From an uncultured virus (IMG/VR IMGVR_UViG_3300035682_000026) (lineage: Duplodnaviria; Heunggongvirae; Uroviricota; Caudoviricetes), in the IMG/VR virus record IMGVR_UViG_3300035682_000026: 64,000 nucleotides of DNA; one strand, written 5' to 3'. Of the stretch, positions 35,577 to 44,096 are shown piece by piece (position 1 is the stretch's first letter; every line of letters begins with the position of its first letter). The notes under the pieces were generated by a model, which had not been told where the DNA came from, did no database searches, and saw only the letters and a list, made by a program, of their open reading frames with translations. A program made the position numbers and the translations under genes.

Positions 35577-36143
35577 TTATTTAATATTAATTATAGAAGG
35601 ATTATAAACTATTATATGTTTTATATCTTCATAGTCTTTATTTACTATAATACCATCAATACCCAACGATACACAATTTCTAACAAATTCAACTGGATTA
35701 TACCTATAAAAATCAATCCATACTTGGAGAATACAATCTTTTTCATTATCATTATATTCCATAGAATCTTCAATAAATGTTTGAATACCTCTTATTGGGT
35801 CTTCACCCCAATTTTGTGCCGAACCTTCCCAATCATCAGCCATCATAGCTAATTTTTTCATAAAAGGTCTTATTTTAACTTTGTTTATAGGAACCTCATC
35901 AAATAAAATATTAGGTTTTAAAATTACACTATAAACGTTTTCACCATAACGATTTGCCTCTTCTTCTGATGTTGTAAAATAAATACCAGGACCTTCTCTA
36001 TCAAATGCTTCTTGACCACCAACAAAATCATCAATAAATTTATTTATCTTGGTTGGGCTACCATGAAAGACATGATATTCTCCACCAGCAATTGCTTCTG
36101 GTAATAATGATTCTCTAAGTTGTTGTCTAATTAATTTTTTCAT
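35577..36143 (-). CDS. ADP-ribosyltransferase-like protein with MKKLIRQQLRESL N-terminus
   Basis: VFHGS...GPGIYFT...DGII...IVYNP. Confidence 0.6.
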   Translation of the reverse strand: MKKLIRQQLRESLLPEAIAGGEYHVFHGSPTKINKFIDDFVGGQEAFDREGPGIYFTTSEEEANRYGENVYSVILKPNILFDEVPINKVKIRPFMKKLAMMADDWEGSAQNWGEDPIRGIQTFIEDSMEYNDNEKDCILQVWIDFYRYNPVEFVRNCVSLGIDGIIVNKDYEDIKHIIVYNPSIINIK

Positions 36144-36145
36144 AT

Positions 36146-36943
36146 TTAAAGTTGTTTTCTATATTGAATGAAATTTCTAAGTACCCAAACAACTACATCA
36201 TCAAATTCATCACTCTCGTAAAGACTTCTTCCACTCTTTACACTTTTAACCGCCCATTGACGTTCTTCACCTTCAGTAATAGGGATAATACTCTTTGCTG
36301 TGTTGCCATAAAATATAACTTGTGGTTCTTCATCTCCATAATGCCATAATTCCATACCTGAAGCTCTAAAAATCACTGCTTCTTTGCCGTATTTAAAACC
36401 ACGACCATGATTGCTATGTGCATATCTTGCATATCTATCAATATCATAAGCAAAGTTATAACCACCGTATTTCTTTTCAAATTCACCCAAGTGTGTCGTC
36501 AATGCTAATTTATCTATTTCATCAACACCATATTTAAACCCTTGTCTGGCTATCCCTTCAGCATCGTCAGTAAAATGAATCAACCACTGGTTTTTAACTA
36601 ATCTAGGGTTGTCAAAAAATGACCAAGCTGGTAAATCAGCATCATTTATGTTTAAATCATGGTCCATTATTTTATCATATAACCATTGAGCAAATTGATT
36701 GTATAGTTCTGGGTTTTTATCAAATAAAATATCAGTAATTTCATATGGTTCACCTTCAATGTCAGTTTCTAAACCCTCTTCATCTAAAAACGTATCAAAT
36801 TCATAAGGATATTCATGTGGTAAATAAGATTTCTTTTCTTCATCAGTCATTGAGAAATATCTTTTTAATGAAACCATTTCTTGTCCAACAAATTCAGTTA
36901 ATAATGATTCTCGGAGTTGTTTTTTAATTAATTTTTTATCCAT
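36146..36943 (-). CDS. hypothetical protein with LIKKQLRESL N-terminus
   Basis: WLIHFT...DEEPQ. Confidence 0.65.
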   Translation of the reverse strand: MDKKLIKKQLRESLLTEFVGQEMVSLKRYFSMTDEEKKSYLPHEYPYEFDTFLDEEGLETDIEGEPYEITDILFDKNPELYNQFAQWLYDKIMDHDLNINDADLPAWSFFDNPRLVKNQWLIHFTDDAEGIARQGFKYGVDEIDKLALTTHLGEFEKKYGGYNFAYDIDRYARYAHSNHGRGFKYGKEAVIFRASGMELWHYGDEEPQVIFYGNTAKSIIPITEGEERQWAVKSVKSGRSLYESDEFDDVVVWVLRNFIQYRKQL

Positions 36944-37973
36944 AATATTCATCCCACACATCTGACGTTATTCCATAATCAATCATTACAATAGTATCTT
37001 CACCATTTCTTTTTACTAATCCATATGAATTAAGTTTACATAAATCACCAACAGGTACCTCATATCCACCTAAAAAAGAAAAAATATCTTTAATAAATTC
37101 ATTTTCCCACATAGCATCAACTGTTTCTTTATCTATATTGTATTTTCTAATATATCTAGCTTTTTGTGGGTTATTATTCGAATAGTAATTACTAATGGCC
37201 CCACAATAATCATCAAAAGTAAAACCAATAACTTGTTGAAAAATTTGTGGTGTTACTTTTCTAGCCAATTCCATTTCAATCCATAAATCATTGTCATCAT
37301 AAGCAAATACTCTAGCAGTAATATCTTTAATGTCATGATAATTGGAATTTGTTGCTTCAACATCGTTTTGAGCAAGACCTTTTTTATTTTTAGCAATTTT
37401 TAATACTTTGGTATCATCAACCATATAAACAATTCTGGAGGACCCAGAAGAAATTCTCTTTAGTCTTTCTTGACAATATTGAATCCGCTTGTTATAGCTG
37501 GTTAGTTTTGAGAATTCTTTTAAATCAAAGTTTGTTGGATAGTCTTCTTCCAAATATGATTCAATTAGCTTATGAGTTAAGCTTTCGGATAGTCTTTTTT
37601 TAATAAACGTCTTAGTTTCATCTAAACTATCTAACATAAATTTACAATTTGGAAATAATATTATCTCACCAGTACTACCATTTCGCATAGTAATAATAGC
37701 ATCATAACCAGCATTCATTAATTTTTCAGTTAAACGTTTACCTTTGGCTTTGTATTTTTTTGCTAATTCGTATTTGTAGGAAATAAGTGTGTCATCATCA
37801 ACATCGATAATAAGTGGATTTCTAATATCAGCTTGACCCTCAACCCATGGCTTATCAAGTTTTCGGTCAAAATCTTTTTCAAGGACATAAGTTCCTGTTG
37901 GTTCAACATCTTGACCAAACATCGACCCATAATTTTGGGCTTTCTCCATATTTTTCATTATCGTTAATAACAT
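36936..37973 (-). CDS. two-domain protein with C-terminal protein-kinase-like fold
   Basis: GSSRIVY...VLKIA...N-E...DL...N...IDYG. Confidence 0.55.
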   Translation of the reverse strand: MLLTIMKNMEKAQNYGSMFGQDVEPTGTYVLEKDFDRKLDKPWVEGQADIRNPLIIDVDDDTLISYKYELAKKYKAKGKRLTEKLMNAGYDAIITMRNGSTGEIILFPNCKFMLDSLDETKTFIKKRLSESLTHKLIESYLEEDYPTNFDLKEFSKLTSYNKRIQYCQERLKRISSGSSRIVYMVDDTKVLKIAKNKKGLAQNDVEATNSNYHDIKDITARVFAYDDNDLWIEMELARKVTPQIFQQVIGFTFDDYCGAISNYYSNNNPQKARYIRKYNIDKETVDAMWENEFIKDIFSFLGGYEVPVGDLCKLNSYGLVKRNGEDTIVMIDYGITSDVWDEYYG

Positions 37974-38014
37974 AATAGTGTTTATTGATAAATATGTAGA
38001 TTTATATAAAAGTG

Positions 38015-38101
38015 CGGAGAGCAAGGGAATCGAACCCTCACCGCTATTACACGGAACACCTTAGCAGGGTGCCACCACAAACCAATATTAGTCTACTCTC
38101 C
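38015..38101 (-). tRNA. tRNA-Ser(GCT)
   Basis: Loop CT-GCT-AA, long variable arm, G73. Confidence 0.9.
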
Positions 38102-38108
38102 AATTTAG

Positions 38109-38181
38109 TACCCCCACAGGGATTCGAACCCCGATTATACATCTTAGAAGGATGTTGCATTTCCATTTATGCTATGAAGGC
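38109..38181 (-). tRNA. tRNA-Arg(TCT)
   Basis: Stem ACATC/GATGT, loop CT-TCT-AA. Confidence 0.92.
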
Positions 38182-38187
38182 AAATAA

Positions 38188-38808
38188 TTATGCTCTACCT
38201 ATTACCCAGTTTTGTTCAAGCCAAATTTCAAGGACTTCTTTTTTTATTTTTTTGTTCTCACCATCTTTGGTTATCCAACAAGTACCATATTGTGAATTTG
38301 CTTCACCAATACCTGTATTTTTTCTTTGTTCAGACATTATTTTTTTAGTTTCTTCTGAGTGATTTTTTCCAATCCAATCATAAGATTTTTTATCTAAATG
38401 TAATTGTTTCATATTGTTAGAAACTATCTTTCTATGTTTCTCACTAAATTCTAAATCTTGTTCTAATTTATTTTTAAGAGCGTCACCACCACGTTTTGAA
38501 ATTTCATAACTAATAAACCCACCACAACCACCTTCTTTAAGGTTCATACATTTACCGTCAGAAATCAATTCTTTAGTAACAATCTCGGATTCTCTAAAAA
38601 CCAACGCTTCTTTAGAATCACAAAATTCTAGAATTTCTTTAGTATGTTTTTCCACACCATATTTTCTTATACTACGTTTTAGTATTCTTCCGCTACCCAT
38701 GTATCCATCTTCTAATGTATATGCACTATGCATACCAACATACCATTTTCCTGTTACATTACATGTTGTTTTATATATGTAATGTATATTTCTTACTTTT
38801 CTTGCCAT
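38188..38808 (-). CDS. GIY-YIG (Seg-like) homing endonuclease
   Basis: Close paralog of 2121..2768. Confidence 0.9.
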   Translation of the reverse strand: MARKVRNIHYIYKTTCNVTGKWYVGMHSAYTLEDGYMGSGRILKRSIRKYGVEKHTKEILEFCDSKEALVFRESEIVTKELISDGKCMNLKEGGCGGFISYEISKRGGDALKNKLEQDLEFSEKHRKIVSNNMKQLHLDKKSYDWIGKNHSEETKKIMSEQRKNTGIGEANSQYGTCWITKDGENKKIKKEVLEIWLEQNWVIGRA

Positions 38809-38857
38809 ATGTTATATCTTTTATAATAAATATAACATAAAGGACAAAAAAGTCAAG

Positions 38858-38930
38858 TAGCCCTACAGGGATTCGAACCCCAATTCTAGCATTCGTAGTG
38901 CTAAGTCCTATCCAGTTGAACGATAGAGCC
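38858..38930 (-). tRNA. tRNA-Arg(ACG)
   Basis: Stem TAGCA/TGCTA, loop CT-ACG-AA. Confidence 0.92.
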
Positions 38931-38935
38931 ATTTG

Positions 38936-39005
38936 TAGCGAGTATGGGAGCCGAGCCCATTTATTCATCTTTATGAGGGATGAACGTTTTCCAATAACCC
39001 TCGCC
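38936..39005 (-). tRNA. atypical tRNA(CAT), Met or Ile2
   Basis: CT-CAT-AA loop; shortened D arm, T loop CTCGGCT. Confidence 0.6.
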
Positions 39006-39011
39006 ATTACG

Positions 39012-39085
39012 CTCCTCAGCCAGGCTTTGAACCTGGAACTTCCACTTTAACAGAGTGGCACTCTAACCAATTGAGTTACTGAGGA
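39012..39085 (-). tRNA. tRNA-Asn(GTT)
   Basis: Stem CCACT/AGTGG, loop CT-GTT-AA, G73. Confidence 0.93.
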
Positions 39086-39136
39086 ATTTATTACCAGCCA
39101 AATCTATACTTTAAATACAACATTTGGCTGATATTG

Positions 39137-39210
39137 TTGCCTCGCTGGGGCTCGAACCCAAGACCTACGCATTATGAGTGCGGTGCTCTAACCATCTGAG
39201 CTACAAGGCA
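39137..39210 (-). tRNA. tRNA(CAT), Met or Ile2
   Basis: Canonical cloverleaf, loop CT-CAT-AA. Confidence 0.9.
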
Positions 39211-39218
39211 ATATTTAG

Positions 39219-39290
39219 TAGGCATGTTGGGACTCGAACCCAAAATACAAAAGTATCAGTCTTGCGTGATAACCATTTCACCACACACCT
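39219..39290 (-). tRNA. tRNA-Ile(GAT)
   Basis: Loop CT-GAT-AC. Confidence 0.9.
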
Positions 39291-39301
39291 ATTTTGGAAG
39301 T

Positions 39302-39493
39302 CTATGACTTCCATTGTGTTTTTCGGTTATACTTCCAAGTTTTATGTTCTCTATATTTGTGAGAGAACTGACCTTTTCTGTAATAAACACCCTCATCCCA
39401 ATAAGGTGGGTATTCAAATTTTAACCAAATAATTCTGTAATCTTTAGAACAAGTTGCTTTTTTCAACTTCATTCTGTTTGTGTTTACACTCAT
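39302..39493 (-). CDS. small basic hypothetical protein
   Basis: 63 aa ending KTWKYNRKTQWK. Confidence 0.6.
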   Translation of the reverse strand: MSVNTNRMKLKKATCSKDYRIIWLKFEYPPYWDEGVYYRKGQFSHKYREHKTWKYNRKTQWKS

Positions 39494-39564
39494 AACTTTT
39501 CAGTCTATTGTTTAGTAGACCTCAAAGCATATCAAATTCTTTTTTCATTTTTTTATTATATTTG

Positions 39565-39636
39565 GGTATAACCACGGTATCGAACCGAGTTCTTCAGATT
39601 CACAGTCTGACGCTTCACCTTAAAGCTTGAAATACC
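39565..39636 (-). tRNA. tRNA-His(GTG)
   Basis: Stem TCAGA/TCTGA, loop CT-GTG-AA, G-1/C73. Confidence 0.88.
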
Positions 39637-39752
39637 ATATTTAGTTTATCTTTACCTCATTTCTGCGGTGATAATCGCCTGTAACTTTAAAAGTTATAAA
39701 CTATGCGGTGATTATCTGGCTATTCTCCGCATTTTTGCGGTGATTAGCTTTG

Positions 39753-39823
39753 CACGTCCAGAGGGATTCGAACCCCCATCAACGCTTTTGGAGAGCGTGA
39801 TGCTACCGTTGCACCATAGACGT
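39753..39823 (-). tRNA. tRNA-Trp(CCA)
   Basis: Stem ACGCT/AGCGT, loop CT-CCA-AA, G73. Confidence 0.93.
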
Positions 39824-39829
39824 ATTTTG

Positions 39830-39921
39830 AAGAAGGAGTGGGACTCGAACCCACACATCCGTTTTACGGGACCCTCCGCTTTCAAGGCGGCTGCCGCTAG
39901 ACCAACTCGGCTTACCCTTCC
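39830..39921 (-). tRNA. tRNA-Ser(TGA)
   Basis: Loop CT-TGA-AA, long variable arm. Confidence 0.9.
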
Positions 39922-40110
39922 ATTTTATTCTTTTATATCAACAAAGATAATGGTAAACCCACCTTCTTTTTGAAATCTTAATTCACCATGATAACCACTT
40001 GCATCAGCTATCTTTCTATACTTGTCAACTATGAGGTCAAAATCTTTCATTAAGTTAACAGTTTTTTCTTTTCCTAAATTTCTCACTAGATTTCCCATAT
40101 TCATTAAAAT

Positions 40111-40146
40111 AAAAAAACCTGACTAGTTTTGATGTAGTCAGGTTTT
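40111..40146 (-). terminator. attenuator terminator of tRNA operon 4
   Basis: AAAACCTGACTA-CATCAAAAC-TAGTCAGGTTTT followed by U tract. Confidence 0.9.
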
Positions 40147-40168
40147 AATTGTTATATTTTGTTTTGAG

Positions 40169-40270
40169 TTATACTTCCGTACCACCTTGACAATTACACA
40201 TACCTGCTACTGGGCGACTATTACGTCTCCAATTGCTAATCGATATCATATGTATGTTAATTGTTGTCAT
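40169..40270 (-). CDS. leader peptide 4 MTTINIHMISISNWRRNSRPVAGMCNCQGGTEV
   Basis: Residues 4-19 all I/N/H/M/S/W/R. Confidence 0.88.
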   Translation of the reverse strand: MTTINIHMISISNWRRNSRPVAGMCNCQGGTEV

Positions 40271-40296
40271 TTTTTTGTTTGTTTTTAATTTCTTTG

Positions 40297-40327
40297 CAAA
40301 TATACTAACTTATTTAATACAAGTCAA
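40297..40327 (-). promoter_or_regulatory. promoter of tRNA operon 4
   Basis: TTG...TATATTTG. Confidence 0.75.
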
Positions 40328-40415
40328 GTTTTTTGCTATTTTTTTTTTAATCTTTTTGTGTTTATTATTAAATATGTACAAAGATACAAAAAGTTTAAAT
40401 ACTATGCAAGTTTTT

Positions 40416-41033
40416 TTAATTTAATTGTAAATCTTTTGTTGTAAAATATTGTTTTAAATCAATACCTTTATCTTTAGCGTCATTTAAACTAATGGTTTCT
40501 GGTGTTTTACCATCTTGCCATATACTTTCGGGAGTGGCTAATAATATATCATCATAATTTATTATTGTAGCATTTATTTGAGGTATTTTTCCCATTTTAA
40601 AAGCACCTAATCTATGATTTCCATCTATAACAGCATATTTACCTGAAAGTAATGGATGTTCGATTGCTACTACTGGTTTAAAAGATTTCCAACCACCATT
40701 TTTAGCGTTTTGAATCATATTATCCACATATTGTTTTACCTCGGTTCCATCAGGTAATTTACCTGATGTGAAGTATTTATAATCTTTATTAGGTTCGTTT
40801 CCTAATGCATCTGCCACATTTATAATTTTATTTTGTCCAATTATAGGTGAAGGGTCTACACCTTTAAAATTAGGATAAATAATAAATTTTTTAGAAATAT
40901 CTTTTGGTTTTATCGTTTCTTCATCAACACGTTTGATAGAATTAAATGTTTTAGCAAAGTTTTCAACAATAACTTTTTCTCTTTGATTGATGATTTCTTT
41001 TTTATCAACTTCGTTTAATATAATTTTTTTCAT
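40416..41033 (-). CDS. ParB/Srx-like domain protein
   Basis: YAVIDGNHRL. Confidence 0.7.
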   Translation of the reverse strand: MKKIILNEVDKKEIINQREKVIVENFAKTFNSIKRVDEETIKPKDISKKFIIYPNFKGVDPSPIIGQNKIINVADALGNEPNKDYKYFTSGKLPDGTEVKQYVDNMIQNAKNGGWKSFKPVVAIEHPLLSGKYAVIDGNHRLGAFKMGKIPQINATIINYDDILLATPESIWQDGKTPETISLNDAKDKGIDLKQYFTTKDLQLN

Positions 41034-41045
41034 AATACTATTTTA

Positions 41046-41147
41046 ATATAAATATTCTATAATATTAAAAAAATTCAGCTGTTATATATACACCACCACT
41101 TTCATTAATCAATTCTCTGCGTTTTAACCAATCTTTAATATTATTTA
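41046..41147. repeat. 102-bp direct repeat, copy 1
   Basis: One mismatch to 41607..41708. Confidence 0.9.
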
Positions 41148-41591
41148 ATTAACTGTGTTATAAATTATTCGATTCATTTGGTCATTAAATACTGGATTTT
41201 TATCTTTTCCAATTATTTTATTCGCTGATTTATCAAATAGTATTTTATGATGTGGTAAATAAAGATATCTATTACCGTTATAATAAATAAAGAAAAAATC
41301 TTTACGTTTAATACTTTCTTGATATTGTTCTTCATCAGTAAAATGTGGTATTTGAGTATTAAACGATGTATTATCAGTATTAATACTCAAATATTTAAGG
41401 TTTGCTGGAACATAAGAATAATCATCGCCAGTTAAATTATATAAAATATTTACCTCGTTATGATTAGTACCAATATAAGGTGGTTTATCGTTTTCATCGA
41501 TACGTTTTATTGAATCTTTATTTTCGACATATCTTTGTTCAGTTAATAAATTAACTTTTTGAATGTTTAATTTTTTTTCTATCCTTCTCAT
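41145..41591 (-). CDS. hypothetical protein between the direct repeats
   Basis: 148 aa ORF. Confidence 0.7.
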   Translation of the reverse strand: MRRIEKKLNIQKVNLLTEQRYVENKDSIKRIDENDKPPYIGTNHNEVNILYNLTGDDYSYVPANLKYLSINTDNTSFNTQIPHFTDEEQYQESIKRKDFFFIYYNGNRYLYLPHHKILFDKSANKIIGKDKNPVFNDQMNRIIYNTVN

Positions 41592-41606
41592 TTATATTAA
41601 GTTTAT

Positions 41607-41708
41607 ATATAAATATTCTATAATATTAAAAAAATTCAGCTGTTATATATACACCACCACTTTCATTAATCAATTCTCTGCGTTTTAACCAATCTTTTAT
41701 ATTATTTA
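41607..41708. repeat. 102-bp direct repeat, copy 2
   Basis: Contains the 3' end of the C39 gene and a TATTTAT motif. Confidence 0.9.
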
Positions 41709-42504
41709 GACCTTTTGCTTGTTGTCCCCAAATATAATCAACACCAAGAGTTTTAGGGTAGTCTTTAAGTCTGTTTCCCCAACCTCTACCTCTTATGGAT
41801 TCATCAATTGCTAAAAGAACACCTTCAACACCTTTTAAATCATGAAAATCTAAATGACGTAATTGACTATTACCTATCAAATAAGCACCACGTATATTAT
41901 TATCCCTATCAATTATCATTGCTGATTTTTCTAGGTCAGTTTGATTTTCAACAACTATATTGAAATAACCTTCGGTAATAACGTGTGTAAAGTAAGGGAA
42001 CGACCATTCCATAATTTCATTAAGTCTTTCTTTTGGTATACCTTGTTTTATTACAAGCATTTCAATTTCATAAAATTCATAGTGTCTTCCAATCCAAATA
42101 GTACTTAATTCTTCTTCACTATATGTCATTTCACCTTGCCATGGGTCATTTGCATAATATTTATTATCATCATACCCACTTATAATAATCCAATGTGGAA
42201 TACCATGAGTAAAAGTTCTAAGCATTGGTAAATTACCATTATCTAGAACTGATTTTAAATGTTGGAATGGTTCTTGCGATTTTACATGATGGATATAATT
42301 CATACCCAATGCATTCATACCTTTTTCAAGTCTTTCTGGTGGAGTACCAGTTATATTATCAGTACCACAAAAATCACAAATTTCCATGATTGAGTAGTGC
42401 TGTTTTTTAGGTGTTTGTGGAAGTGCTTCGTAGGCCATCATTATACATGTTGGACCGCAGCTAATTCCATTAGGTTGTTGGTAATGTTTAATAATCTGTT
42501 TCAT
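41626..42504 (-). CDS. C39-like cysteine peptidase fused to GNAT-like domain
   Basis: QPNGISCGPT...PHWIIISGYD...NDP; RGRGWG. Confidence 0.75.
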   Translation of the reverse strand: MKQIIKHYQQPNGISCGPTCIMMAYEALPQTPKKQHYSIMEICDFCGTDNITGTPPERLEKGMNALGMNYIHHVKSQEPFQHLKSVLDNGNLPMLRTFTHGIPHWIIISGYDDNKYYANDPWQGEMTYSEEELSTIWIGRHYEFYEIEMLVIKQGIPKERLNEIMEWSFPYFTHVITEGYFNIVVENQTDLEKSAMIIDRDNNIRGAYLIGNSQLRHLDFHDLKGVEGVLLAIDESIRGRGWGNRLKDYPKTLGVDYIWGQQAKGLNNIKDWLKRRELINESGGVYITAEFF

Positions 42505-42862
42505 AATTAATATCGTCATAGTCGTCTTCATCTTCATCATCGAAATCTGAATCTTCTTCACCTATAACTTGTTCTAAGAATGCTTCACCTATAAAGGTTC
42601 CAAATTCATCGTTAAACAATCGTTTTAATGTTTTTGCTTCATCTAAGGATATTTCTTTAAATTCAATCCTAGATAATAAATCTTCACCATCTGAAAATTC
42701 TAATTGAAATTGGTTATCTTCACCAAATTCATATACGAAATCCCATGTAATGCTTAATGCTAATTCTTCGAAGTTTTCAACTTCTCTTTCATTCATGACA
42801 ATAAAACCACTAATTTCGATTTCATTTACCACGCTGCTAAATTTTGCCAAATATTTTGCCAT
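42488..42862 (-). CDS. acidic hypothetical protein
   Basis: 124 aa, D/E-rich. Confidence 0.65.
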   Translation of the reverse strand: MAKYLAKFSSVVNEIEISGFIVMNEREVENFEELALSITWDFVYEFGEDNQFQLEFSDGEDLLSRIEFKEISLDEAKTLKRLFNDEFGTFIGEAFLEQVIGEEDSDFDDEDEDDYDDINYETDY

Positions 42863-42915
42863 TGTTATTAATTTTTATTATAAATATAACAATGGCAAAA
42901 TAAAAATCAATATTA

Positions 42916-44049
42916 TTATAATAATTTTTGGAAATTATCAGTTTCCATTTTCTCTATGGCTTTACCTAATTCAGGACCAGGTTTTATATTGAATTTACTC
43001 ATCGCCTCTGGTCCAGTTACAGTTAACCTAAAATTTTCAAAAGCATCTAATAACTGTGATGATATACCCTCGTTAGTACCAAAGTTTCTAATTTGGTCAT
43101 TATTAACACCAGAAGTTTGTTGTATCTTTTTTAATAAGTAAGCTGTATTAACATCTAACTTTAATAACGATATTAAAAATACAATAGCTTTAATTTCATC
43201 TGCTGAGTATTTCAATTCATTTAATTTCTTTCTCAATACCTCAATACTATTATCTTTTAATAATCTAGCCAATAATACTACGTAATCATCTCCTTTGTAA
43301 TCTAGGTTTCTTCTAAAGACTCTTCTATCAACATTTAAATTAGGAAAAACCCAATCAAACAATTTGTATTTATCTAACATCAATAAATAACCATCTGTTG
43401 ATTTGGCTGATATGATACCTTTGATAAATTCATCTCTAATTCTTTCACCAGAAATTCCAACAAGACTTGCATCTTTTTGCAATGCAGCATCGACATTAGG
43501 GTCTAAATCACTTCCAAATCTACCAGCAAATCTAATTGCTCTTAAGATTCTAAGCCTATCCTCACCAAATCTATCTTCAGCAGCACCTACAGTCCTCACT
43601 ATACCTCTTTTAAGGTCATTTACACCACCAACTAAGTCAACTATCTCTTTGGTATCAATATCAAAAAATAATGCATTACAGGTCAAATCTCTACGTAAGA
43701 TATCTGTTTCGATATTAGTAAATACAACCGATTCAGGTCTTCTACCTGAACCGACATCTTGACGCATAGTTGCTATCTCAAATTCGTGAGTATTGGTAAT
43801 TACATTGATTACTCCAAATGCTTTTCCCGTTACTAAAATGTTAATAACAAACTCCTGATATTCCAACAATGCAATAACCTTTTCTGGTACTGCATTGGTA
43901 ACCAAATCAAAATCCTTGGGTATCGTTCCCAACACAGCATCACGAACAGCCCCACCAATCAAAAATAATTCAAACCCTTCAATTCGAAAAATTTTGTGTA
44001 TCAATTTTACCTCATTAGGTAAATCTATATTTTGTTTTATTTTTATCAT
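42916..44049 (-). CDS. cca: CCA-adding tRNA nucleotidyltransferase
   Basis: GGAVRD...PKDFD, RRDLTCNA, EDRLRILRAIRF, ERIRDE; most tRNA genes here lack encoded CCA. Confidence 0.9.
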   Translation of the reverse strand: MIKIKQNIDLPNEVKLIHKIFRIEGFELFLIGGAVRDAVLGTIPKDFDLVTNAVPEKVIALLEYQEFVINILVTGKAFGVINVITNTHEFEIATMRQDVGSGRRPESVVFTNIETDILRRDLTCNALFFDIDTKEIVDLVGGVNDLKRGIVRTVGAAEDRFGEDRLRILRAIRFAGRFGSDLDPNVDAALQKDASLVGISGERIRDEFIKGIISAKSTDGYLLMLDKYKLFDWVFPNLNVDRRVFRRNLDYKGDDYVVLLARLLKDNSIEVLRKKLNELKYSADEIKAIVFLISLLKLDVNTAYLLKKIQQTSGVNNDQIRNFGTNEGISSQLLDAFENFRLTVTGPEAMSKFNIKPGPELGKAIEKMETDNFQKLL

Positions 44050-44096
44050 GTTGCAAAGATATAATTATTTTTTAAACTACCAAATATTATCTAGAA

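Noticed and set aside
39650..39749. Lambda cI/Cro operator (TATCACCGC similarity)
   Set aside because: Only half-site similarity, no 17-bp palindrome and no cognate repressor in view.
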